A DNA stretch of 43,450 nucleotides from an uncultured Acidobacteriota bacterium (GCA_937881755.1 CALGEF010000426.1:1-43450); one strand, 5' to 3'. Shown: positions 27,539 through 36,829, counted from the stretch's first letter. Numbers and translations are program-made. Notes: a model not told the origin generated them from the sequence alone.

Positions 27539-28498
27539 ATGCTGCACGGACACCGCGTCATCGCGATCGAAGAACACTTCATGCACGAGACGCTGTCGCG
27601 CCATCTGGGCCACATCGTCGCCAGCCAGCCCGCGCATGTCCGTGACCGCCTTTTTGACTTCGCCGAGGTGCGCATCGCCGAGATGGACGCCGCCGGGGTC
27701 GACATGCAGGTGCTTTCGCATCAGTCGCCGGGCAGCCAGCGTCTGCCCGCCGACATCGCCGTGGACGCCTGCCGCGCCGTCAACGACGCGCTGGCCGACA
27801 TCGTGGCGGAACGGCCAGACCGCTTCGCGGGCTTCGCCATGCTTCCCACGATCCTGCCCGAAGCCGCGGCAGACGAGCTGCAGCGCGCGGTCGAGGAGCG
27901 GGGCCTGAAGGGCGCGCTTGTTCACGGTCTTAGTCACGGCAGCTTCATCGACGGCCCCGAATTCCGCCCGATCTTTGCTCGCGCGGCCCGGTTGAACGTG
28001 CCCGTCTATCTGCATCCCGGCCTGCCAGACAAGGTCGTGACGGAACGCTACTACGCGCCCTACGACCAGTCGCATCCGGCCTTCGTCCGCTCGGGCTGGG
28101 GCTTTGGCGTGGAAACGGGAACGCAGGCTATCCGCCTCGTTCTTGGCGGGGTGTTCGACGACCACCCCGACCTTCAGGTCATTCTGGGTCATCTGGGAGA
28201 GGGAATTCCCTTCTTCCTCGCCCGGATCGACGAATCGCTCTCGCGGCCCGGCAACGCGCCGTCCCGCTTCGCCGAGGTGTTCCGGAATAACTTTCACGTC
28301 ACCACGAGCGGTTTCTTCTCGGACCCGGCGCTGCGCTGCTGCATCGAGGAAATGGGCGTGGAGCATATCCTGTTTGCCATCGACTGGCCCTATGTGAACA
28401 ACATCGAGGCCACCGACTGGTTCGGCAAGTTTCCGATTGACGACGACGGCCGCCGCGCCATCCTGTCGGGCAATGCGCAACGGCTGCTGCGGCTTTAG
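27539..28498 (+). CDS. Amidohydrolase_2 family protein, likely a non-oxidative (hetero)aromatic acid decarboxylase (2,3-DHBA/gamma-resorcylate/LigW/PicC-like)
   Basis: IAIEEHF, RIAEMDAAGVDMQVLS, VYLHP, GHLGEGIPF, TTSGFFS, FAIDWPY. Confidence 0.85.
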   Translation: MLHGHRVIAIEEHFMHETLSRHLGHIVASQPAHVRDRLFDFAEVRIAEMDAAGVDMQVLSHQSPGSQRLPADIAVDACRAVNDALADIVAERPDRFAGFAMLPTILPEAAADELQRAVEERGLKGALVHGLSHGSFIDGPEFRPIFARAARLNVPVYLHPGLPDKVVTERYYAPYDQSHPAFVRSGWGFGVETGTQAIRLVLGGVFDDHPDLQVILGHLGEGIPFFLARIDESLSRPGNAPSRFAEVFRNNFHVTTSGFFSDPALRCCIEEMGVEHILFAIDWPYVNNIEATDWFGKFPIDDDGRRAILSGNAQRLLRL

Positions 28499-28556
28499 AC
28501 CCCATGATCGGGCTCTGCCCTGATTGAGGTGGTGGCCCGTCTTGCGGCATGCGCCC

Positions 28557-28592
28557 TTCGTGGGTTGCGCGCTGTTCGTGGGTTGCGCGCTG
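28557..28592 (+). repeat. Perfect 18-bp tandem duplication TTCGTGGGTTGCGCGCTG x2
   Basis: Seen directly in the intergenic region. Confidence 0.85.
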
Positions 28593-28929
28593 TTGGCAGG
28601 TGCCGAGCCTCAGGAATGGGGGGAGACCACAAGCCGGGCCGCACGTTCACGGGGCTGGTTGTCCATTGGGCGACGAATTCGGTTGCGATCCCTCAGACTG
28701 GATCGTTGATCCCCAACGCCATGACCCAGCAAAGCAACATGGCTGCGGTGACCATCTGCCGGATCGGGCACAGCAGATACCGCGCCGGGTTGCGCGCCTT
28801 CAGATCGGCGTAGCACAAGAGCGACCCGCGCGCCTTATGCGCCCCGCGCATCACACGCCCGGCAAAAGCCTGTGGCGGGTTGATCATGATGCTCAAATCC
28901 GGTCGGGGGCAGACGTCTTCAGCGGAGCG

Positions 28930-29622
28930 TCAGGTTCCGGCTGCACGGCCTTCAATCAGCAAAATCACCTCTGCCGCGGCGCTGCGCGCCTCATGGCGCG
29001 CTGCGGCTTCCGCGCGGTCGCCGTCCCCGGTGCGGATCGCCTCCGTCAACGCGACAAGGTTCGCGACGCTCTCCTCTGACCGGCCCACAGACCGTTTGGG
29101 GTGGCTCAGGCCCAGCGCCCGCCATCGCCACACGCGGTCCAGCACGATCGACAGCATCTCCTCGACGATGGCGCTTTCCATCCCCTCGTGGATGACCGCG
29201 TAGTAGCGGTTCTTCGCCTCGAGGATGGCCTTCGGGTCACCGGCCGCGTAGGCCGCGCAGACCGCCTGCAGCGCCACCTCAAGCGCACTCTTCGCGGCTG
29301 TGTCGGCGCTTTCGGCGAACAGCCGCGCCGACAGGCCCTCCAGCATTTCCCGGATGCGGTAGAGTTCCCGCGCCTCGGTCACCGTCAGGTCGCGAATCAC
29401 GGCGCCCTTGTTCGGAACCAGGCTGACAAGGCCCTCTGCCGCGAGTTGCCTGAGGCTTTCGCGCAGCACCGTGCGCGAGACGCCAAGCCGCTCTGTCAAC
29501 TCGCGTTCGGTGACGCGCCGCCCCGGCGCAAGGCGCCCGTCCATGATGTCGCCACGCAAGGCCGCAAGCACCTGCTCCCGCAGGGGCGTGGCCGAGGGTT
29601 TCCGTTTCACCGCGATATCCAT
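28930..29622 (-). CDS. GntR (FadR/FCD) family transcriptional regulator
   Basis: LRGDIMDGRLAPGRRVTERELTERLGVSRTVLRESLRQLAAEGLV, ELYRIREMLEG. Confidence 0.95.
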   Translation of the reverse strand: MDIAVKRKPSATPLREQVLAALRGDIMDGRLAPGRRVTERELTERLGVSRTVLRESLRQLAAEGLVSLVPNKGAVIRDLTVTEARELYRIREMLEGLSARLFAESADTAAKSALEVALQAVCAAYAAGDPKAILEAKNRYYAVIHEGMESAIVEEMLSIVLDRVWRWRALGLSHPKRSVGRSEESVANLVALTEAIRTGDGDRAEAAARHEARSAAAEVILLIEGRAAGT

Positions 29623-29663
29623 CGCTCGACATTAGCACGCTTCGGACGCGCGGTCATCCGTTA

Positions 29664-29711
29664 GATTGTCAGACAATCCTGTTGACATGGATTGTATGAC
29701 AATCGTAGGCT
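29664..29711 (+). promoter_or_regulatory. Two GntR/FadR-type operators flanking the -35 of a sigma70-like promoter
   Basis: GATTGTC-A-GACAATC (29664-29678), TTGACA (29682-29687), GATTGTATGACAATC (29690-29704), TAGGCT (29706-29711). Confidence 0.75.
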
Positions 29712-29747
29712 CCGGGCAAAGGCAATGCGCAAACGGAAGGAAACCGC

Positions 29748-30836
29748 ATGGGAGACAAGGTCAAGGTCGGCATCATAGGTCTCGGACGCTGGGCTCGCGT
29801 ACTTGCGCGCGGGGCGCGGCAATCGGACCAGATCGAGATCGTGAAGGGCTTCAGCCGCAGCGCCGATAAGCGCGACGCCTTTGAGGCGGAATATGGCGTG
29901 CCCTCTGTCGGCAGCCTCGAGGAACTGCTGTCCGACCCAGAGATCAAGGGCTGCATCCTGACCGTCCCGAACGAGGAGCACCTGCCCGTGGCCGAGGCGG
30001 TCGCCCGCGCCGGCAAGCACATCTACACCGAAAAACCCATCGCCAACACGCTCGAAAACGGAATCCGGCTTGAGGCGCTTCAGGCCCGCTATGGCGTGCG
30101 CGCGATGGTCGGCCACTCTGCCCGGCTTTTGCGCGGGGCGCGCATGATGAAGGATGCAATCGATTCCGGTGCCCTTGGCACGCTCTCTTTCATGGAATCG
30201 AACTTCTCGAACGAACGCGCGCTGGAACTTACCCCCGACACCTGGCGCTGGTACCGCGCCAAGGCGCCGGGTGGCCCGCTGTCGCAACTGGCTACCCACC
30301 TCTTTGACAGCCTCTACATGCTGGGTGGCGAGATCGTGGAGGTCTCCTCCATCGCGTCCAAGCTCTCGCCCGTGGGGGCCGAGGTCGACGACCAATCCAT
30401 GACGATGCTCCGCTTCGCTTCTGGCGCGCTCGGCTATGTCGGGTCATCGTGGACGGCGCCGGGCATCTACTTCATCCGCGTCTACGGACAAAAGGGGCTG
30501 ATGCACTTCGAGCTTGACTTCGGCCGCTGGGACGATCCCGACACCGTGCACGAGACCTCGACCCTCTACATCCAGCGCGGCAAGGACGGCTACGGCAAGC
30601 GCGAGGTGCTGGACATGGGCCAGTCCAACATGTTCACCGACGAACTCGACATGTTCGCCCAGATGTGCCGGACCAACGAGGCCGTGGAACTCGAGGCCGC
30701 CAATGGCGTCGTGGCGCTTGCCATCGTCAACGCGGCCCTCGTCTCGGTGGAGCGGTCCGGACAGGCGGTGAAGCTGGCCGAAATCATCGACCACGCCCGC
30801 GCCCGCGTCGCCGACGAAGACCAGAGCGCGGCCTGA
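29748..30836 (+). CDS. Gfo/Idh/MocA family oxidoreductase
   Basis: VGIIGLGRW, TVPNEEH, GKHIYTEKP, GGPLSQLATHLFD. Confidence 0.92.
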   Translation: MGDKVKVGIIGLGRWARVLARGARQSDQIEIVKGFSRSADKRDAFEAEYGVPSVGSLEELLSDPEIKGCILTVPNEEHLPVAEAVARAGKHIYTEKPIANTLENGIRLEALQARYGVRAMVGHSARLLRGARMMKDAIDSGALGTLSFMESNFSNERALELTPDTWRWYRAKAPGGPLSQLATHLFDSLYMLGGEIVEVSSIASKLSPVGAEVDDQSMTMLRFASGALGYVGSSWTAPGIYFIRVYGQKGLMHFELDFGRWDDPDTVHETSTLYIQRGKDGYGKREVLDMGQSNMFTDELDMFAQMCRTNEAVELEAANGVVALAIVNAALVSVERSGQAVKLAEIIDHARARVADEDQSAA

Positions 30837-30840
30837 CCCG

Positions 30841-31629
30841 ATGTCGCGCTACTTCATCGAGTTGACCCAGCCCGAGATCAAGGCGCAGTTCGCGCGGCAC
30901 CCGCTTGTGATCCTGCCGTGCGGAAGCGTTGAACAGCACGGTGCCCATCTGCCGACGGGCACCGACATCTTTGCCGCCAACAGCGTCAGCCATGCGGTGG
31001 CTGAGCTGATGGACGGGGTGGTGTTGCCGGGGGGGCCCTTGGGCGTCACCCCCATGCACATGCCGTTCGAGGCGACAATCACGCTCAGCCCCGAAACCTA
31101 CCAGCGGGTTGTGATCGAAACCTGCGTATCGACGGCAGCGCACGGGGCAAAGAAGTTGCTGATCGTGAACTGGCATGAAGGCAACATCGCCTCGCTCCAG
31201 ATTGCGGCAGAGGCGCTGCACCGCACCCATGGCATGAGCGTCGTGATCGCCCAGGCCTGCTACGTGGCCGAGGAGCTTTGGGGGCCGTCCTGCAACGGCC
31301 TGACCCATGCCGGCGAGATCGAAGCGCTTGCGATCCTGCCGGACCACGGCCATCTCGTTCACCTCGACCGGGTCGAGCGAGCCTCCGAGAAGCGGCAGGG
31401 CGCTCAGATGGACAAGCTTCGTCGCACCCGCGCCTATGTCCCGGTGCTGACCGACATCCGTTCGATCGCGCCCACCGGCTGGTACGGGGACCCCGCCCCG
31501 GCCACCGCCGAGCGCGGCCGCCGGATGATCGGCGACATTGCACAGGCCATCGCGACAGAAGCCACACAGATCTTCGCGCAGCTTGACCGGGTGCAGGGCC
31601 CGGGGGCACGCGATCTGACGGCAGGATAG
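30841..31629 (+). CDS. Creatininase/cyclic amide hydrolase family protein
   Basis: GSVEQHGAHLPTGTD, VNWHEGN, HAGEIE, GWYGDPAPATAERG. Confidence 0.9.
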   Translation: MSRYFIELTQPEIKAQFARHPLVILPCGSVEQHGAHLPTGTDIFAANSVSHAVAELMDGVVLPGGPLGVTPMHMPFEATITLSPETYQRVVIETCVSTAAHGAKKLLIVNWHEGNIASLQIAAEALHRTHGMSVVIAQACYVAEELWGPSCNGLTHAGEIEALAILPDHGHLVHLDRVERASEKRQGAQMDKLRRTRAYVPVLTDIRSIAPTGWYGDPAPATAERGRRMIGDIAQAIATEATQIFAQLDRVQGPGARDLTAG

Positions 31630-31632
31630 CGC

Positions 31633-32013
31633 ATGGCCATGCTCCGGCGACCCGAGGACGCGGTCGAGCTCGGGCTTGCCGGCCGCCGCTCGCGTGAGGT
31701 GCTGTCGGGCGCTTTGGGCGCGATGAGCACGATCCGACTGGTCGAGATCGTGGTGCCCAAACCGGGCGAGGCACCGCGCCCGCCCCACTGGCACCCCGAC
31801 AGCGAGGAATGCATCCACGTGCTCTCGGGCGAGGGCACGACTTGGGTCGACGGGGCCAACATTCCGGTCCGGCCCGGCGACACCCTGCATGTGGCGCCCG
31901 GCGAACGGCATGTCACACGCAACACCGGGACGGCACCGCTGGTTCTGTTGTGCTTTTTTCCTGTTCCCGAGATTACCACACTGACCGAGGAGACGCCCGC
32001 GAATGGACCCTGA
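31633..32013 (+). CDS. Cupin domain protein
   Basis: PHWHPDSEECIHVLSGEG and PGDTLHVAPGERHVTRN, giving the His-His-Glu-His cupin motifs. Confidence 0.88.
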   Translation: MAMLRRPEDAVELGLAGRRSREVLSGALGAMSTIRLVEIVVPKPGEAPRPPHWHPDSEECIHVLSGEGTTWVDGANIPVRPGDTLHVAPGERHVTRNTGTAPLVLLCFFPVPEITTLTEETPANGP

Positions 32014-32986
32014 TGTCATCTGCCTCCGCCCGGAGCGGGACTTTCTCGCGATCGGGGTCGTCCCGCCCGCTGGCTTGTCAATCACCTACACCACGCCCAG
32101 CGACCCTTCGCTTGCGTCGCTTCTGAAGGCAGCGCGCGCGCTGGTGATCCCTGCGGTGGGCCCGGCGCTTCCCGGCGCGCTTTTCCGTGGGACGGGCCTG
32201 AGTCTTGTGCAGGTTACGGGGGCGGGGCTCGACCGGCTGGACAGGGCGGTGCTGGCCGAAGAAGGTATCACGCTCGCCAATGTCCCCGGCGGGTCGAACG
32301 GGGCGCTTGCCGAATACTGCGTGGCGACGTCCCTGTCGCTTCTGCGCGGCTTCGCCGCCGCCACGGGGCCGCTTCGTGCGGGCCACTACGCCGCGCACCG
32401 GCAGGCGATGGTCGCGGCCAGCCTTCGGGGGCTGGGCGACCTGACTGTCGGCCTCGTCGGCATGGGCACGATCGGGCTTGCCGTTGCGAGCGCTTTCCGC
32501 GCCATGGGCGCGACGATCGTCTATCACGACCCGGCCCCGCCCCGTGACGCGGCGGCGCTCGACCGGATTGGCGCCCGCAGGATGGACCTCGACGCACTTC
32601 TGGCCGAAGCCGATGTCGTCACCCTCCACGTTCCCCTGATGGACGCGACGCGGAACCTCATAAACGCCGCTCGGCTTGCCCGCATGAAGCCCGGTGCGAT
32701 CCTGATCAACGCGGCGCGCGGCGGCATCGTGGACGAGGCCGCGCTCGCCGCCGCGCTCGAGACCGGGCACCTTGGCGGCGCGGCGGTGGACGTCTACACG
32801 ACCGAGCCCCCCACCCCGGACAATCCGCTTCTCACCGTGTCGGATGCTGCTGCCGCGCGCCTTATCCTGACCCCCCATATTGCGGGGGTGAGCCTCCAGT
32901 CGTCCCAGCGCCTGTTCCGCGACGCGTGGGACAATGTGGAGCGGGTGCTGATCGACGGGCGGCCGGCGTCGAACATCGTCGCCTGA
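32003..32986 (+). CDS. D-isomer-specific 2-hydroxyacid dehydrogenase
   Basis: VGLVGMGTIG, LHVPL, LINAARGGIVDE, DVYTTEP, LTPHIAG. Confidence 0.92.
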   Translation: MDPDVICLRPERDFLAIGVVPPAGLSITYTTPSDPSLASLLKAARALVIPAVGPALPGALFRGTGLSLVQVTGAGLDRLDRAVLAEEGITLANVPGGSNGALAEYCVATSLSLLRGFAAATGPLRAGHYAAHRQAMVAASLRGLGDLTVGLVGMGTIGLAVASAFRAMGATIVYHDPAPPRDAAALDRIGARRMDLDALLAEADVVTLHVPLMDATRNLINAARLARMKPGAILINAARGGIVDEAALAAALETGHLGGAAVDVYTTEPPTPDNPLLTVSDAAAARLILTPHIAGVSLQSSQRLFRDAWDNVERVLIDGRPASNIVA

Positions 32987-32999
32987 CCGCCCGCCTCGC

Positions 33000-34289
33000 T
33001 CAGACGACCGTCAGTTCCAGCGGCCAGTCATCGACGCATTCCCGGTCGGTCTCGGTCACGATGAAGGTGTGACCGACGAACATGCCCAGTCGCCCATCCG
33101 CCGAAATCGGGTTCGGCTCCGGCATCAGGACCATACCGGGACGAAGCACCTCGTCGAAGTCATGGGTCTTGGCGCCTTCGATGTATACATGCGGCCCGTC
33201 CGAGACGAAATCGATGCCATGCGTCACGATGGGGCGGGACTGGCAGTTGTTGTCGCGGAAGAACCGCGCGGCCTCGACCATGTCCGTCACCGGACGGCCC
33301 GGCCCGATCGCGGCCGTCACCCGCTCATAGCCCGGTTTCGCGATTTCGTCCCAGAACTTCTGGACCCGCTCGGTGGGTGTGCCGATGCAGATGGGCTGCC
33401 CGATCTGGGCAGAGTAGCCGCGATAGCCGGCTGCAAGCTCCATGAGGATCATATCCCCCTTTTCCAGCTTCCGCAGCGACGGGCGCGGGTTGCCGAAGAC
33501 AAGCGCGGGGTCCTCCATTGGCGTCGATCCGATGATGATGAAGTCGATGTCCCCCCCGCCTTCGAGGATGGCGGCCCCGACCGCGGCGCGCAGGTCCTGT
33601 TCTGTCGCGCCCGGTTTCGCCCGCTCCGCAAGCGCACGCATCGCATCCGTACAAAGCCGTCCGGCGTGGCGCACGCATTCCAGTTCCTCGTCGCTTTTCA
33701 CCACGACGAGTTCATGCATGAAGCCCTCGGTGAACACGATCTCGGCTTGCGGCAATTCTTCCCGGAGCCGCAGGTACTGGTTGGCGGGCATGTAGTCCTT
33801 GTGCCGGGAATCGAGCTCGAGCAGGCCGATCCGCCCACGCTCGGCTCCGACCTCGCGGATGCGTTCGGCCATGACTTCGGCGAACTTGCCGTTCCGGCCC
33901 GACCGCACGTCCGAGATCGCCACCGAAACCTCGCGCCGGACCGCCTCGATGTGGGTGCCGCCCATCCCGTAGATCAGCGTCGGTTCGCCCTTGCGGGGGA
34001 ACACCACGTAGACGGCGGCGCAATGCCATTCCCAATGGCCCGAAAGCCACAGCATCCCGCCGCCAAAGCTCCAGTGGCTGGGGCCGCCAGGACAGATCAC
34101 CACGTCAAGATCGTGCCGCTCCATCTTTGCGCGGAGCGCTGCGAACCGCCGCTCGTACTCGGCGCGCGAGAACTGCGCGTAGACGGCGTCGCGGTAGTAG
34201 GGGGTGTTGCGCATCCGCGCGAAGGTCTGCTGGTGATCGAGCCGCTTGCTTGTTTCCTCCCACTCGGCCGAGGTAAAGTTGCGTGCCAT
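33000..34289 (-). CDS. M24-fold (creatinase/aminopeptidase P-like) protein with a degenerate metal site
   Basis: FSRAEYERR, VKSDEELE, ILMELAAGYRGYSAQ, THGID, LRPGMVLMPEPN, FVGHTFIVTETD. Confidence 0.82.
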   Translation of the reverse strand: MARNFTSAEWEETSKRLDHQQTFARMRNTPYYRDAVYAQFSRAEYERRFAALRAKMERHDLDVVICPGGPSHWSFGGGMLWLSGHWEWHCAAVYVVFPRKGEPTLIYGMGGTHIEAVRREVSVAISDVRSGRNGKFAEVMAERIREVGAERGRIGLLELDSRHKDYMPANQYLRLREELPQAEIVFTEGFMHELVVVKSDEELECVRHAGRLCTDAMRALAERAKPGATEQDLRAAVGAAILEGGGDIDFIIIGSTPMEDPALVFGNPRPSLRKLEKGDMILMELAAGYRGYSAQIGQPICIGTPTERVQKFWDEIAKPGYERVTAAIGPGRPVTDMVEAARFFRDNNCQSRPIVTHGIDFVSDGPHVYIEGAKTHDFDEVLRPGMVLMPEPNPISADGRLGMFVGHTFIVTETDRECVDDWPLELTVV

Positions 34290-34328
34290 ACTGGGTCTCC
34301 TCCCGTTTGTTCGTTGCGTGCCGACAGA

Positions 34329-35918
34329 TCAGGTGGCCATGACCGTTGCCGGATCGATCCCGATGTCGCCAAGGATCACGCGGGCTGCGTTCCGCCCCGG
34401 ATAGCCGGTGATCGATCCGCCCGGATGGGTTGTTCCCCCCGTCTGCCAGAGCCCCGGGATCGGCATCCGGTGGGCGGCCCATCCCGGCACCGGGCGCTGC
34501 TCGCCCGAAAAGGTGGCGGAACGGTCGCCGCCATGCGGTGCCCCGTGGATCATGTGCGGATTGGCGGCCTCGATATCGACGGGCGACTTGGTAAGCCGCG
34601 CCAGGATCACGTCGTCGGTGAAGCCGGGGCAGAACCGGCGCAGCGTGGCCAGAAGCCGATCTGTATAGGCCTCTTTCCGGGCGGCCCATCCGGCTGGTCC
34701 CTCGCCCGGCAGATCGTAGATGGTGTGCGTGAGAAGCTTCACGGTGTGGTGCCCGGCCGGCGCGCGCCCCGGATCGACAAGCGACGGCGTGGCGACCAGA
34801 AGCCACGCGATGTCGTCCGAGAACCGCCCGTCGTAGATGTTGCGCCCCGACTGCACCAGATCCTCGATCCAGCCCGCGTAGCCCGCCGAAACCGCCATGC
34901 GCGGGCCCCGCGGCGTCTGAAAGACCGGCGGGGCCGTGGTCGCGAGATAGGAGGCGAAGAACGGAACGCCGACATTGTAGGTTTTCACCCCGTATCGGAA
35001 CGTCTCGCCCCAGACGTCGGGCGGTGCCATATCCACAAGGTGCTTGACATGAATGGTCGAAACGACGCCCTTGCGGCCCCGGAAGATCCGTCCGTCTTCC
35101 GCGCGGACGCCAACGCAACGCCCGTCCTCAAGGATCAGTCCGCCGATTTTTGTCCCAAGGTGGAATTCGGTCCCCCGGGCCCTGAGGAAGCCCACCAGAG
35201 CGTCGACAAGCCGCCCCGACCCGCCCATTGGGATCGACCAGCTTCGGGCCTGTCGGGGCGCGATGATCTGGTAGGCCAGAAGCCCCGTCCCCGCCTGGTC
35301 GATCGGGACGGCAGTCTGGAACGCCATCCATCCCATGAAGGCACGCACATGCGGCGAAACGAATTCTCCCAAGATCACGTCACGTGCGCTCATCGCCATG
35401 CGTCGCGCCCAGATGCCGCCGCGCGGATGCTCCTTCAGGAGGTCCCTGAGCGACGGCCCGTACCCGACCGGAAAGGCCCGCGCCTTGGCCAGAAGCGGGC
35501 GGAGTTCGTCAAACTCGGCCAGAAGGCGCCGGTAGCTTTCCGCGTCAGCCTCGCAATAGCGTGCAAACTCGGCGATCGTCCGCTCGGCATCCAGATGCAT
35601 GGTGATCTGTTCGCCATCGGGAAGGGCGACGTGGGCCACCGGGTCGGGGTCGATGTAGGTCAGCCCATGCCGCGCGACGAGCCCAAGCTCGTCCAGCCGG
35701 ATGATCGGGTTCTGCAAGATCAGCGTATGTCCTGTCGAGCATGTGTCGATCGCGAACCCTGGTCCCAGGATCTCCTCCGTCGCAGCACCGCCGCCCGGGA
35801 TGTCACGGGCGTCGATCACGACACAACTCTGCCCGGCCGCAGCCAGATAACAAGCGGTCACAAGGCTGTTGTGCCCAGCTCCCGCAATGACGAAATCCGC
35901 CTGGTGATCCAACGCCAT
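34329..35918 (-). CDS. Phytoene-dehydrogenase-like (PYROXD2-type) FAD-dependent oxidoreductase
   Basis: VIAGAGHNSLVTACYLA, PGGGAATEE, PMGGSGRL, PIPGLWQTGGTTHPGGSITGYPGRNAA. Confidence 0.9.
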   Translation of the reverse strand: MALDHQADFVIAGAGHNSLVTACYLAAAGQSCVVIDARDIPGGGAATEEILGPGFAIDTCSTGHTLILQNPIIRLDELGLVARHGLTYIDPDPVAHVALPDGEQITMHLDAERTIAEFARYCEADAESYRRLLAEFDELRPLLAKARAFPVGYGPSLRDLLKEHPRGGIWARRMAMSARDVILGEFVSPHVRAFMGWMAFQTAVPIDQAGTGLLAYQIIAPRQARSWSIPMGGSGRLVDALVGFLRARGTEFHLGTKIGGLILEDGRCVGVRAEDGRIFRGRKGVVSTIHVKHLVDMAPPDVWGETFRYGVKTYNVGVPFFASYLATTAPPVFQTPRGPRMAVSAGYAGWIEDLVQSGRNIYDGRFSDDIAWLLVATPSLVDPGRAPAGHHTVKLLTHTIYDLPGEGPAGWAARKEAYTDRLLATLRRFCPGFTDDVILARLTKSPVDIEAANPHMIHGAPHGGDRSATFSGEQRPVPGWAAHRMPIPGLWQTGGTTHPGGSITGYPGRNAARVILGDIGIDPATVMAT

Positions 35919-35961
35919 GTGGGCATATCCGGGTCTGGTTCCGCATCGGCGGAACGGTTTC

Positions 35962-36005
35962 GCAATCGTTTGCGTAGACTAGCCGAGGCCAGCCGCACTT
36001 GTCAA
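35962..36005 (-). promoter_or_regulatory. sigma70-like promoter (TTGACA-18-TAGTCT) followed by the LacI-type operator GCAATCGTTTGC (35962-35973)
   Basis: Upstream of the FAD oxidoreductase-M24 pair. Confidence 0.65.
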
Positions 36006-36076
36006 AGGAGTCGTTGGCCGAACGGCGCCAAGACCCGCCGTGGCCTGTCCGGTTGCCCTTGCCAGTGCTTCCCGAA

Positions 36077-36089
36077 ATTGTCATACAAT
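36077..36089. promoter_or_regulatory. GntR/FadR-type operator ATTGTCATACAAT
   Basis: Exact reverse complement of the ATTGTATGACAAT core at 29691-29703; ~35 bp upstream of the FAH gene. Confidence 0.7.
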
Positions 36090-36124
36090 GTGTCATCGTT
36101 CCCCAAAGGAAGGTCTTTCGCGCC

Positions 36125-36829
36125 ATGGATTTCGTCTTCGCGCCTCAGCCGCAGGCTTCGATCGCGGTGTCGAATTCCACCTCGCGCATTCCGGTCCGGC
36201 GCATCTTTTGCGTGGGCCGGAACTATGCCGCCCACGCCCGGGAAATGGGGATGAACGACCGGGATCCGCCGTTCTTTTTCACCAAGCCCGCAGACGCGGT
36301 TGTCGACGCGGGATCGACCATTCCCTACCCGCCGGAGACAGCCGATCTGAGCCATGAGGTCGAACTTGTGGCGATCATCGGGACCGGCGGTCGGAACATC
36401 CCCGTCCAGACCGCGCTCGACCATGTGTGGGGATACGCCATCGGCAACGACTTCACGCGGCGCGATCTCCAGGCCCGTCTGCGCGACGCGTCGCGCCCGT
36501 GGGATTGGGGCAAGGCCTTCGATCATTCCGCGATGGTGGGCCCGGCTTGGCCCGTGGCCGAGGTGGGACATCCGCAGCGGGGCTTCATCCGCCTGTCGGT
36601 CAATGGCGCGCTGCGGCAGGACGGCAACCTGGATGAGATGATCTGGAACGTGCCCGAGGTCATCTCGATCATTTCGCGCTCGATGGCGTTGCTGCCCGGC
36701 GATCTGATCATGTCCGGAACGCCTGCGGGCATTGGGCCTGTCCAGTCTGGCGATGTGCTGGTCCATTCGATCGAGGGACTGGGCGAGGTGACCGTCACTA
36801 TTGGCCCGCCTGCGCCGGGCAACGCTTGA
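36125..36829 (+). CDS. Fumarylacetoacetate hydrolase family protein (fumarylpyruvate/acylpyruvate hydrolase-like)
   Basis: RRIFCVGRNYAAHAREMG, PFFFTKP, HEVELV, DFTRRDLQ, KAFDHS, GDLIMSGTPAGIG. Confidence 0.92.
   Translation: MDFVFAPQPQASIAVSNSTSRIPVRRIFCVGRNYAAHAREMGMNDRDPPFFFTKPADAVVDAGSTIPYPPETADLSHEVELVAIIGTGGRNIPVQTALDHVWGYAIGNDFTRRDLQARLRDASRPWDWGKAFDHSAMVGPAWPVAEVGHPQRGFIRLSVNGALRQDGNLDEMIWNVPEVISIISRSMALLPGDLIMSGTPAGIGPVQSGDVLVHSIEGLGEVTVTIGPPAPGNA

Noticed and set aside
28557-28592. CRISPR-like repeat
   Set aside because: Only two adjacent 18-bp copies, with no spacer and no cas genes.
34329-35918. Carotenoid biosynthesis (crtI)
   Set aside because: No crtB/crtE or other carotenoid genes are present; the GAGHNSL..HPGG pattern and the context fit the broader phytoene-dehydrogenase-like oxidoreductases.
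33069-36254. 1061-aa plus-strand ORF
   Set aside because: Antisense shadow of the M24 and FAD-oxidoreductase genes in high-GC DNA; it has no recognisable motifs.
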